A DNA stretch of 32,000 nucleotides from an uncultured archaeon (GTDB taxonomy: Archaea; Iainarchaeota; Iainarchaeia; Iainarchaeales; CSSED10-239). A program made the translations under genes and the position numbers. Below are positions 1-9,099 of the stretch, piece by piece; position 1 is the stretch's first letter, and every line of letters begins with the position of its first letter. The stretch is from NCBI GenBank assembly GCA_964496765.1, contig CAZCAP010000001.1, positions 63,609-95,608 on the forward strand, read 5' to 3'. The notes under the pieces were generated by a model. It was given only the letters and a program-made list of their open reading frames with translations, was not told the origin of the DNA and searched no databases.

Positions 1-759
1 ATGCTTATAACCACCTTTTTCAATTTGATCAAGAGACATTCTAATTTCTTCAATCCCCCTATCAATTATTTTATTAAGATCCAAAAGAGAATTTATTTCA
101 TAACCTTCTTTTGTAACATCTACAATCTCATCATCCAATAAATAAACAACCTTTTTTGTGTATTCTAAAAGAGCAGAAACATCAGATGCAACAAAGTACT
201 CACCAGGATTATTTCCAATACCAAGCACAACAGGAGAACCACGTCTAGCAACTATGATTTCCTGTTTATCTTTATGCATAACAAGTAATCCAAAGGTTCC
301 AACAACCTCTGATAGTGCTTTAATGACTGCATCTTTTAGGTTTCCTCTATAGAACTTTTCAATTAAATGAGTAAGAACCTCAGAGTCTGTGTCACTAATG
401 AACCTATGCCCTTCCATTAGCAATAGCTTTCTAATGGACTCATAGTTTTCAATAATTCCATTATGAACAATGGAGATAGATGATGAACAATCAAAATGAG
501 GGTGTGCATTTTTTTCACTAGGAATACCATGGGTTGCCCATCTTGTGTGCGCAATTCCAATGGTTGATTTTAAATTTTGTTTTTTAAGTTTTGCTTCGAG
601 CTCTGTAATTCTACCTTTTGTTTTAATTGTTTGAAGCTGATTATTAATGGAAACTGTAATCCCACAGGAATCATAGCCCCTGTATTCTAATCTATAGAGC
701 CCTCTAATGAGAATAGGAATTACATCCTCTTTTCCAATATATCCAATAATTCCACACAT
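1..759 (-). CDS. glmS: Glutamine--fructose-6-phosphate aminotransferase (isomerizing), N-terminal class II glutamine amidotransferase part; truncated by window edge
   Basis: Reverse-strand translation from ATG at 757-759 gives MCGIIGYIGKEDVIPILIRGLYRLEYRGYDSCGI...IGIAHTRWATHG...VHNGIIENYESL, diagnostic for GlmS. The frame stays open to position 1. Absent from the ORF track because it runs off the edge. Confidence 0.95.
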   Translation of the reverse strand, partial: MCGIIGYIGKEDVIPILIRGLYRLEYRGYDSCGITVSINNQLQTIKTKGRITELEAKLKKQNLKSTIGIAHTRWATHGIPSEKNAHPHFDCSSSISIVHNGIIENYESIRKLLLMEGHRFISDTDSEVLTHLIEKFYRGNLKDAVIKALSEVVGTFGLLVMHKDKQEIIVARRGSPVVLGIGNNPGEYFVASDVSALLEYTKKVVYLLDDEIVDVTKEGYEINSLLDLNKIIDRGIEEIRMSLDQIEKGGYKH

Positions 760-801
760 AACTATATTATTAATAAGAATTAGATTTATAAAATCTATTT
801 T

Positions 802-1428
802 TTAATCAAATTTGGATTGATTAAAATAATTAAAATAATATGCAATAAAATTATGTGCTGAATGAGCAAGTGCAATCAAAATTAGGTTTGGATAAAGCAT
901 ATACATGGTAGCCAGAAGAATGCCTTCTAGGAAAACCATTAATAGATCAACTATTGTATGCCTATAAATTATATGCAATAGCATGAACAAGAACGCATTA
1001 ACAAGAACCACAACTATTGCTGAGAGGAACACATTATGAAGAAGAGGTATTAGGAAAGATCTGAATAGAAATTCCTGTAGAAAGCTTATTGGAATAAAAC
1101 CCCAAAGAAGATGCTGGTTTGTCCACCAATGTATTTTGTGATCCTTTCTTAGTATATTTCTAGAGATTACAATCAATAGAATAGATATTGCAATTGTGAA
1201 TATTAAATAAGGAAGTAAATCCTGAGTGAAGTTATCAAGCCTGAATCCAATATCCGCAAGACTCCAATTCTCAAGAAGTATAATGTTAATTGCGATTATA
1301 GTTATTCCTGTTAAAGCATAAAATCTATACTTATACTTAACAAGATTAAAGTAAAATAATAATGGTGGAATAACAAACAAGCAAATAATCGTAAGTATGT
1401 CCATTACTATTGGATTATATATTATCAT
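802..1428 (-). CDS. CPBP-family intramembrane metalloprotease (CAAX protease-like)
   Basis: Multi-TM protein with QEFLFRSFL (EExxxR-like motif 1), FLMLLH, and ALAHSAHN (third motif). Confidence 0.7.
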   Translation of the reverse strand: MIIYNPIVMDILTIICLFVIPPLLFYFNLVKYKYRFYALTGITIIAINIILLENWSLADIGFRLDNFTQDLLPYLIFTIAISILLIVISRNILRKDHKIHWWTNQHLLWGFIPISFLQEFLFRSFLIPLLHNVFLSAIVVVLVNAFLFMLLHIIYRHTIVDLLMVFLEGILLATMYMLYPNLILIALAHSAHNFIAYYFNYFNQSKFD

Positions 1429-1529
1429 AGGGCATCTAACTCACATGTATTCTAATATAACTTGGTGAAATAGATTTATAAATAGATTATATATTTTAAA
1501 AAAAAGAAAAAAGAAGGTAGTTAATTAAA

Positions 1530-2630
1530 TTAACTACATTCAGCTGGTGTTGCTGAACCAGTTCCATCATATCCAAATCCTGGAGCTGGTGTATCTGTTG
1601 ATAATTGGATGCTACATTCAGATGGTGCGGTTGTGAATGCTGCACATACTCTGTCCAAGATTCCCTGTGGACTTCTTGGCATGTTATCAACCTTTATTCC
1701 ATTAATAACTGTTGTTGGAGATCCTGCTACTCCAAAGGCCTTGTTTTCTGCATCATATATAGCAAACTGTGGTTCATTTGCTGTAAGTCCATATGTAGCA
1801 TCTGTTTCTGCAACACATGCATTTAATACACTTGTATCGAAGCCTTCCTTTGCAACACATCTATCTGTGTTTGAGTCTTCTAAGAAACAACTTAAATAAT
1901 CATAATATTGTGTTGGATACTTTTGTTGAATACAATATTGATTAATTTGTTCGTTTGTTTCTTTTTCTCCATGTAAAGTATAATTAACAAACTTAATTGC
2001 TATATCTGCCTTATCTCCTAATAAATCCACAACTGGAAGAAGACCCTTCTCAATTTGTGTTCCATATGGACAATGTGACATAACATACACATCAATCTTA
2101 GGTTTGTCTACCTTAGGAATAGATGCTGCTTCTGCTTCTGCATTTGCATTAAGTTCTGCTTGTAGTTTAGCAAATTCTGTTTTATAAATTGGTGCTCCTC
2201 CAGGAATAAAAACAATTTCTCCATCAGTTGATGTATAAATATTCATATCCTGTCCTTCAACATTAATTGTAACATTTATAAGACCTCTTTCAAGAACTGA
2301 ACTCTTTAATATAAGTCCTGTAACTGGAAAGTTTTCTTCTAAGAAAGTAACTGTTTGTTCTCCAATTAGGCTTGCATCAGGTGTTATTGAACAAGAACCT
2401 GCATCTGGTAGGTCTCCTGGTAATCCAAATAAACCTGTTAAATTTCCATTATCTGAGTTTGTGTTTGCTGTTAAGAAAAGTATTAATACAACAACAAAGG
2501 CAACTGCTAAAATTGCAGTAGCTATCATCCACATCTTTTCTTTGCCAAAAGAACTCTTCTTTTTTTCATGTTCTTTATGATTAGCTTCATTATGATGATT
2601 TGCATGGTGTTCTGTTTTATTATCTGTCAT
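1530..2630 (-). CDS. Membrane-anchored thioredoxin-fold / DsbA-like protein with CPYG motif
   Basis: His-rich N-terminus, one TM segment, then KIDVYVMSHCPYGTQIEKGLLP... and GSPTTVINGIK (cis-Pro loop-like). Confidence 0.7.
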   Translation of the reverse strand: MTDNKTEHHANHHNEANHKEHEKKKSSFGKEKMWMIATAILAVAFVVVLILFLTANTNSDNGNLTGLFGLPGDLPDAGSCSITPDASLIGEQTVTFLEENFPVTGLILKSSVLERGLINVTINVEGQDMNIYTSTDGEIVFIPGGAPIYKTEFAKLQAELNANAEAEAASIPKVDKPKIDVYVMSHCPYGTQIEKGLLPVVDLLGDKADIAIKFVNYTLHGEKETNEQINQYCIQQKYPTQYYDYLSCFLEDSNTDRCVAKEGFDTSVLNACVAETDATYGLTANEPQFAIYDAENKAFGVAGSPTTVINGIKVDNMPRSPQGILDRVCAAFTTAPSECSIQLSTDTPAPGFGYDGTGSATPAECS

Positions 2631-2805
2631 AAATTATTCCCCTTTAAATTATTTGATTTAAATCTTAAGTTTTGTATTATATATATTATGAATAAAAAGG
2701 TTTAAAAATAAAAGTATTTAATTAGGAAAAAATTATTAAAAAATATTAATTTTATCCATTTTTATAACTTATTTTTATCCTTTTTAAATTTTATATATTA
2801 TTATT

Positions 2806-4644
2806 TTATAACTCCCTAATTTTTGTTAATGGATAACCAGCATCAAGAAGCTCACCTTCATTATACCCTGCTTCCTTTAAATTTTGAAGTGAATATCCAA
2901 CACTCTTTAAATCTCTTGCACTAAACCCAAGAGACCTAACATCTTTTGCAGTATAGTGAACAACCCTTAGTAATCTTATTCCAACCCCAAGGTTAAACAC
3001 ATCACTAGCTGGATAGCCCGCATTATGTAGTTCCCTTACTGTATAACCAGCATCATATAGTTCAACTGCTAAATAACCAGCCTTTCTCATTGAAGATGAA
3101 GAAAAACCAACTCTTCTAAGCTCTTTAATAGAATAATATCCCTTTAGATCATTTGGAGCATATCCTGCTTGGGACATTTCTCTTGCAGAATAGCCTGCAT
3201 CATAAAATTCTTTTATAGGAATAGCAAGCCCATTAAACTCCTTTGCTTGATATCCAGCAAAATAAAGAGTTGCTAATGAAAAACCAACCTCATATAATTC
3301 CTTTGCTGTGTATCCAACAGAATGAAATTGCTTTGCTGTATATCCAACTGTAATTAAATCCTTAGGAGAAAAACCTGCTTTTCTTAACTCATGAAGAGAA
3401 TATCCTTCCAAGTGAAGATTAAGAGCAGAAAAGCCAGCAACTCTAAAATCATCAATGGCATACCCCATTCCAAACAAGCTTGAAATTGAACAGCCTGCTT
3501 TATATAAATCTAAAAGCCCATAGCCTCCGTCCCTCAATTGAGTACAGGTAATTCCTTCATCAAATAATTCTTTGCTTGTAAATCCATCTTTATAAAGATC
3601 ATTTATTTTATAGCCAAGAGATAATATATCCTGAACTGAATAACCTAGATATTTTAGTTCTCTTGGACTAACCTTGTCCTTTGAAAAGGATTCCATATCA
3701 AGTATATCTTTGATATCATATCCTCCTTCTCTTAATTCTTTTAGGGTAACTCCTGCCTTATACAAAAGTATAGCCTTAATTCCTGCTCCATAGAAATCAG
3801 AAACATTAACACCTAATGAAACAAGATCTTTAATTGAAATGCCTGAATTAATTAGATCATGTAATGTATATCCATTTGAATAAAATGTTTTTAAACTAAA
3901 TCCAGAGCCATATAATTGTTTAACTGTAAACTTACTAGCTATGAATTGCTTGAATGTAAAACCAGTTTTTCTTAATTGAGAAATTGTAAATCCAACAGTG
4001 TATAATTCTCTTAATCCATATCCTGCCTTCTTTAATTCTCTTATAGTAAATATTTTCTTAAAATCTTTTAATTTAAGTTTAGCTCTTTTTAGTTTGCTTA
4101 TTGTATAACCTAATTTTTTTAATTCTCTTAACTTATATCCTAGAGAAATAACTATTCTTAAACTATTACAGGATAATAATTCCTTTAGGTTATAGCCTGC
4201 GTTCTTTAAAGATTTAATAGGAACTCCTGCGTTCTTTAGGCCTCTTGCAGTATATCCTGCATCTCTTAGATCCTTTGGAGAATATCCATTATTGATTAAT
4301 TTTTTAATTGTGAATCTCATTCTAGCTAAAACTTTAGTTTTAACCTTTCCTTTCTTTAAAATTACTAGGGCTTGCTTTAAACCTATCTTCGCATCAATTA
4401 TGTGCTTAATAGTAATTGGCTTAATTATATACCTACTTCTAAAAATGGGTTTAGATGCTTGTCTTTTAAGTTCTTTAATTATTTGTGCTTTTGATAAACT
4501 AGATTTATTTTTCTTAATATTAATTTTATTCTTCTTAATACTTAATTTATTCTTTTTGATATTAAGCTTATTTTCATTTATACTTGTGTTAATTTTCTTC
4601 ATTTGTGCTTTTGATAAACTTATCTTCACTTTCTTTGAAACCAT
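2806..4644 (-). CDS. Decapeptide-repeat protein of unknown function (about 50 tandem 10-residue repeats)
   Basis: The ORF has tandem units such as YTVRELHNAG, YPASDVFNLG, FSARDLKSVG, YSLQNLKEAG. I prefer the ATG at 4644 (MVSKKVKISLSKAQ) over 4683 because AAAGGAGGTTTTGATT lies immediately upstream of it, complementary to the 16S 3' end. Confidence 0.9.
   Translation of the reverse strand: MVSKKVKISLSKAQMKKINTSINENKLNIKKNKLSIKKNKINIKKNKSSLSKAQIIKELKRQASKPIFRSRYIIKPITIKHIIDAKIGLKQALVILKKGKVKTKVLARMRFTIKKLINNGYSPKDLRDAGYTARGLKNAGVPIKSLKNAGYNLKELLSCNSLRIVISLGYKLRELKKLGYTISKLKRAKLKLKDFKKIFTIRELKKAGYGLRELYTVGFTISQLRKTGFTFKQFIASKFTVKQLYGSGFSLKTFYSNGYTLHDLINSGISIKDLVSLGVNVSDFYGAGIKAILLYKAGVTLKELREGGYDIKDILDMESFSKDKVSPRELKYLGYSVQDILSLGYKINDLYKDGFTSKELFDEGITCTQLRDGGYGLLDLYKAGCSISSLFGMGYAIDDFRVAGFSALNLHLEGYSLHELRKAGFSPKDLITVGYTAKQFHSVGYTAKELYEVGFSLATLYFAGYQAKEFNGLAIPIKEFYDAGYSAREMSQAGYAPNDLKGYYSIKELRRVGFSSSSMRKAGYLAVELYDAGYTVRELHNAGYPASDVFNLGVGIRLLRVVHYTAKDVRSLGFSARDLKSVGYSLQNLKEAGYNEGELLDAGYPLTKIREL
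2809..4314 (-). repeat. Degenerate 30-nt / 10-aa coding repeat array, about 50 units
   Basis: Protein-level periodicity of 10, [YFIV]-[ST]-x-x-[ED]-[LF]-x-x-[AVL]-G. A few 9-residue units and one irregular spacer (DMESFSKDKVS). Confidence 0.9.
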
Positions 4645-4802
4645 AATCAAAACCTCCTTTAACAAAGAGAAATGCAATGTCATTAATTAATGTTACTTAG
4701 ATAATATATTTATGGTGAAAATAGTTTAAATACCTATCTTTTTCCTAAAAAAGAGGTATTTTTATTTACTTTCGATTATTATATAGATATAAGTGATTAT
4801 TT

Positions 4803-5372
4803 ATGACTGCAACTACAAATGATATTAACTCAAAAGAATTGCTATTAAAGCTTTCTAGAAATTATTCAAAGGACGCTCTTGCAGAGAGGTTCATTAAAAC
4901 AATGATGCAGAAAAGGTTCATGAAGTATCATCCACAAAAACCAGAATTTAATCATCTTAGAACCGTTGTTAAAATTGTATCAAAATACACTAAAAATAAG
5001 GATGTAATTATTGCTACCTGGCTTCATGATGCTGTTGAGGATAAATACATAACCTATGAACAAATTGAAGAAAATTTTGGGAAAAAGGTAGTATACCTAA
5101 TTTATGAACTAACATCAGACAAGACCATAGTTCAAATTATTGGAAAAACAGAATATCTAATAAACAAATTAAACAATATGACAAATGAGGCACTATTAAT
5201 TAAGCTTGCAGATAGGCTTGATAATGTTTCTGATCTTAAAGTTACAGAAAATAGTTTTAAAAAATACTATAGAGAACAAACATTAAACATATTAACTAAG
5301 ATAAATAGAGCTATGCAACCAGAACACATTGCACTTATGAGTAAAATACATGATTGTTTAAATAAAATTTAA
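4803..5372 (+). CDS. HD-domain phosphohydrolase, MESH1/SpoT hydrolase-like
   Basis: FNHLRTVVKIVSKY...IATWLHDAVED...LIKLADRLDNVSDL matches the His / HD-x-x-ED / D-R pattern of RelA/SpoT-type hydrolase domains. Confidence 0.75.
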   Translation: MTATTNDINSKELLLKLSRNYSKDALAERFIKTMMQKRFMKYHPQKPEFNHLRTVVKIVSKYTKNKDVIIATWLHDAVEDKYITYEQIEENFGKKVVYLIYELTSDKTIVQIIGKTEYLINKLNNMTNEALLIKLADRLDNVSDLKVTENSFKKYYREQTLNILTKINRAMQPEHIALMSKIHDCLNKI

Positions 5373-5434
5373 ATATATGGTTAGAATTGGGGTTCCAAAA
5401 AAAAGAAGACAAACTGAAAAATTCGAATTTTAAT

Positions 5435-6196
5435 TTAACCAATTAGAAGGAGAAGAACTAACATTACTCCAATTCCTAAGATTATTCCCATTAACTGTAA
5501 AAAAGATTTACCTACAGAGGTCTCTTTTTTTAGCTCAGGAATTAAATCAGCGGTTGCTATATAGATGAAACCACCAGCAGTAAATGGAAGAATAAATAGC
5601 ATAAAACCTTGAGATAAGTGTCCAACAATTAATGCAATAACAACACCAAGAATAGAAGTTAGTGCAGTTAAAAAATTCATAATCAATGCTTTTCTTTTTG
5701 TAAAACCACCATGCACAAGAACTCCAAAGTCTCCTAGTTCCTGTGGTATCTCATGAAACAAAACAGCAAGAGTAGTAGCTACACCTAGTGGAATAGAAAC
5801 TAAATAGGTTCCACCTATTACAAGCCCATCAATTAGATTATGAAGAGAATCCCCAATTAGGTTCATGTACACAAATGGATGGGGATGTACTTTGGAGGTT
5901 GGGACATGACAATGTCTCCAATGAATGAATTTTTCAAGCACAAAGAACAATAATAATCCAGATATAAAATAAAGAGAAACATGCAAAGTAAATCCAAACT
6001 CCTTAACCACCTCTGGAAGAAGATGAATAAATGCATCTCCAATTAGTGCACCAGCAGAAAAGGATACAAAGAACAGAAGCAGATTATTCATGCTCTTTTC
6101 TTTTATAAATAAAGTCACAATTCCAATAAGTGAGATAACAGATATAATAAAAACACTAATTATTGAATATAACCAAACAATTAAGATCCCACTCAT
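5435..6196 (-). CDS. ZIP-family divalent metal transporter
   Basis: HLLPEVV, DSLHNLIDGLVIGGTY and HEIPQELGDFGVLVHGG motifs in a multi-TM protein. Confidence 0.92.
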   Translation of the reverse strand: MSGILIVWLYSIISVFIISVISLIGIVTLFIKEKSMNNLLLFFVSFSAGALIGDAFIHLLPEVVKEFGFTLHVSLYFISGLLLFFVLEKFIHWRHCHVPTSKVHPHPFVYMNLIGDSLHNLIDGLVIGGTYLVSIPLGVATTLAVLFHEIPQELGDFGVLVHGGFTKRKALIMNFLTALTSILGVVIALIVGHLSQGFMLFILPFTAGGFIYIATADLIPELKKETSVGKSFLQLMGIILGIGVMLVLLLLIG

Positions 6197-6212
6197 AATA
6201 TCAAATTTAATT

Positions 6213-7409
6213 CTACTTTAAAATATATATCTTTAAAGGAGGAAAACCATTAAACCCAACTGAACTCAAGGTTGGAACATAGGCTCCTGCAGTTAAAACA
6301 TACAACCTATCCCCTTCTTTTAGACCTGTTGGAAGAGTATATTTATAATCCTCATATAGAACATCAAGGGAATCACAGGTTGGCCCTGCTAAAATAATTT
6401 CCTTAGAATCCTTTGAAGAAAGAATTCTCTCAGAAAAGATTGGATATTTAATTGATTCATTAATTGTATCAAATAATCCATTATATATTCCACAATCAAT
6501 GTACACCCATTCATATTGATTAATAATTGATTTCTTGGATATCATAATTACCTCAGTAACAAGAACACCAGAATCTGCAACAATTGATCTTCCTGGTTCA
6601 ACTATAATGGTTGGAAAATTATCTCCGAAATCATCCTTTAATATTCTTGTGATTTCTTTTGTATAGGTATCAATGGATGGAGCAGACTTTAGATAATGTG
6701 CTGGAAAACCACCACCAATGTTTATTGCCTTTAGATCAATCCCATCTGCTTTCACAGAATCAAATAAATACCTACATTGGGACACAGCATTATCCCATTG
6801 TCCAACATCTCTTTGCTGGGATCCAACATGGAAGGATATCCCATAGGGTATCAATCCAAGATTCTTTGCTTCAATAATTAAATGATAAATCATGTCTGGA
6901 TGAGCACCAAACTTTCTTGAGAGTGGCCAATCAGCTTCTCCACCTTCATTAATAATTCTAAAAAACACGTTAGATCCAGGAGCATTATTTGATATTTTTT
7001 TAAGATCAGTAATTGAATCAGAAACAAATAACCTAATTCCTTTTTCATAGGCATATTTCACATCTTCTTCTTTCTTAATTGTGTTTCCAAAGGAAATTCT
7101 ATCTGGAGTAACACCAAGCTTTAATACCTGTTCAAGCTCAAAGATAGTTGCAACATCAAAACAAGAACCCTTACTTGCAAGTAACTCTAGAACTTCAGGC
7201 ATGGAATTTGCTTTTACTGCATAATATATCTTAGCATAGGGCATAAGACGAGCTAACTCATCAAACTTATCTGCAATTTTTCTGAGATCAACAACAAGAA
7301 AAGGAGTTTTCTTATCTTTTGCAAATTCCTTAACATCATTCAACTCTTCTAAAGTCAAATAATCAAATATATTTTTTGAATCCCCATTTCCCATTCTAAT
7401 AATCACCAT
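6213..7409 (-). CDS. PLP-dependent ornithine/lysine/diaminopimelate-type decarboxylase (alanine-racemase fold), copy A
   Basis: YYAVKANS (PLP Lys), ISFHVGSQ, INIGGGFP, VEPGRSIV, AGPTCDSLD, TAGAY. An alternative start MGNGDSK at 7394 is possible. Confidence 0.88.
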   Translation of the reverse strand: MVIIRMGNGDSKNIFDYLTLEELNDVKEFAKDKKTPFLVVDLRKIADKFDELARLMPYAKIYYAVKANSMPEVLELLASKGSCFDVATIFELEQVLKLGVTPDRISFGNTIKKEEDVKYAYEKGIRLFVSDSITDLKKISNNAPGSNVFFRIINEGGEADWPLSRKFGAHPDMIYHLIIEAKNLGLIPYGISFHVGSQQRDVGQWDNAVSQCRYLFDSVKADGIDLKAINIGGGFPAHYLKSAPSIDTYTKEITRILKDDFGDNFPTIIVEPGRSIVADSGVLVTEVIMISKKSIINQYEWVYIDCGIYNGLFDTINESIKYPIFSERILSSKDSKEIILAGPTCDSLDVLYEDYKYTLPTGLKEGDRLYVLTAGAYVPTLSSVGFNGFPPLKIYILK

Positions 7410-7516
7410 ATATGAATCTATAAATTTTTACTATTTAATCTAAAAAAAAAGAAATTAAATAAAATAATTATATATAAATCTTTATTTAAAGGTTTTTATT
7501 AGGATATTAAAAATGA

Positions 7517-8701
7517 TTATTTTAAAATATAGGCCTGTAGAGGAGGAAATCCATTAAACTCAATGGAGCTATAGGTTGTTGTGTATGCTCCAGTACTAAA
7601 AATATATAGTCTATCTCCTTCTTTTATATCAGAAGGAAATGAATACTTGTAATCCATATACAAAACATCCATTGAATCACAGGTTGGTCCAGCAAGAATA
7701 TATTCTTTCCTATCCTTAGATGAATTTGGGTTGTCTACAAATATTGGATACTTAATTGATTCATTAATTGTTTCAACAAGCCCACCAAACAAACCACAAT
7801 CAACATACAACCATTCATATTGATTTAAAACAGATTTCTTGGATTTCATAACAACTTCTGTTACAATTACTCCAGCATCCCCCACAAGTGAACGCCCTGG
7901 CTCAATAATTATTTCAGGAAGATTTTCTCCAAAGTCTTCAGTTAATCTTCTTGTTATTTCGTTAGCATACACATCAAGTTCATGGGTTGGTTGAAGATAA
8001 TGTGCTGGAAAACCACCCCCAAGATTAATTAATTTCAATTGAATACCATCTGCTTTCACAGAATCAAATAAATACCTACATTGGGAGATTGCTGTATCCC
8101 ATTGTCCAACATCCCTCTGTTGGGATCCAACATGGAAGGATATTCCATAGGGAACTAAACCAAGATTCTTTGCTTCAATAATTAGATGATAAACCATGTC
8201 TGGATGAGCACCAAACTTCTTTGAGAGCGGCCAATCTGAATCTCCTCCTTCTGATAGAATTCTAAAAAACACGCAAGATCCTGGTGCATTTACAGCAAGC
8301 TTCTTAATGTCTGCTGTTGAATCTGAAGCAAATAGCCTAACTCCCTTTTCATAGGCATATCTAATATCTCTATCTTTCTTAATTGTATTTCCAAAAGATA
8401 TTCTATCAGGAGTAATTCCAAGATTTAATAGTTTATTAAGTTCAAAAATGGTTGCAATATCAAAATTAGAACCCCTATCTGCAAGAAGCTTAATTACTTC
8501 CTCATGGGGATTTGCTTTAACCGCATAATATATTTTTGCATAGGGTAGGTTTTTCCTAAGCTCACTATATCTCATATCTATTTTATTAAGATCTAAAATT
8601 AGAAAGGGAGTATTCTTATCTTTTGCAAACTCTTTAATGTTTGTAAACTCATCAAAGGTCATATAATTCAATATAGACCTGGAAGAAGAATCAATTACCA
8701 T
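7517..8701 (-). CDS. PLP-dependent ornithine/lysine/diaminopimelate-type decarboxylase, copy B
   Basis: Very similar over the full length to the adjacent gene: YYAVKANP, SFHVGSQ, LGGGFP, IEPGRSLV, AGPTCDSMD, STGAY. Confidence 0.88.
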   Translation of the reverse strand: MVIDSSSRSILNYMTFDEFTNIKEFAKDKNTPFLILDLNKIDMRYSELRKNLPYAKIYYAVKANPHEEVIKLLADRGSNFDIATIFELNKLLNLGITPDRISFGNTIKKDRDIRYAYEKGVRLFASDSTADIKKLAVNAPGSCVFFRILSEGGDSDWPLSKKFGAHPDMVYHLIIEAKNLGLVPYGISFHVGSQQRDVGQWDTAISQCRYLFDSVKADGIQLKLINLGGGFPAHYLQPTHELDVYANEITRRLTEDFGENLPEIIIEPGRSLVGDAGVIVTEVVMKSKKSVLNQYEWLYVDCGLFGGLVETINESIKYPIFVDNPNSSKDRKEYILAGPTCDSMDVLYMDYKYSFPSDIKEGDRLYIFSTGAYTTTYSSIEFNGFPPLQAYILK

Positions 8702-8875
8702 GCATACACACCATTATTATGATTGTCAAATTATTATTTTTAATCAAGAATTCGATAAAATCATTTATATATTTTGTTAAACCTAAATTGTTTTTATACA
8801 ATATATATTTAGAAATATATTTAAATCTTTTTATTATGCAAAACCAAAAATCATCTTTTTCCAATAGATTCTATA

Positions 8876-9097
8876 TTAAAATTTCTTAATGGAGCTTCCA
8901 ATTAATATTGCGGCTGTGATTATTCCAGCTGTTAATATAACATAGCCACCATCCAAATTATGATAGCCTGCCCAACCAGCACCAACCTTAATTACCCAGA
9001 TTGAAAATGCAAAGTAAACTATTGCAAGAACAATAAGTAGTAGTGAAGTAATCATTACTCCAACCAAAAAGCCTATTGAATTTAAAAATTTATTCAT
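8876..9097 (-). CDS. Small membrane protein, hypothetical
   Basis: 73 aa with two hydrophobic segments, directly abutting the upstream gene (9100-9678). Confidence 0.5.
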   Translation of the reverse strand: MNKFLNSIGFLVGVMITSLLLIVLAIVYFAFSIWVIKVGAGWAGYHNLDGGYVILTAGIITAAILIGSSIKKF

Positions 9098-9099
9098 AA

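Noticed and set aside
158-352. 64-aa plus-strand ORF
   Set aside because: Antisense to the glmS coding sequence, which has clear family motifs.
1605-1899. Plus-strand ORFs 1605-1826 and 1609-1899, plus 1496-1690 minus
   Set aside because: Overlap the CPYG thioredoxin-fold gene and lack recognisable domains.
2809-4314. 30-nt periodic repeats suggestive of a CRISPR or tandem repeat array
   Set aside because: Periodicity is at the amino-acid level only (10 codons), with diverged nucleotide sequence, no distinct spacers and a continuous ORF.
4292-4690. 132-aa plus-strand ORF (MINFLIVNLILAK...)
   Set aside because: Antisense shadow of the basic repeat-protein N-terminus; low-complexity hydrophobic translation of Lys/Asn/Ile-rich codons.
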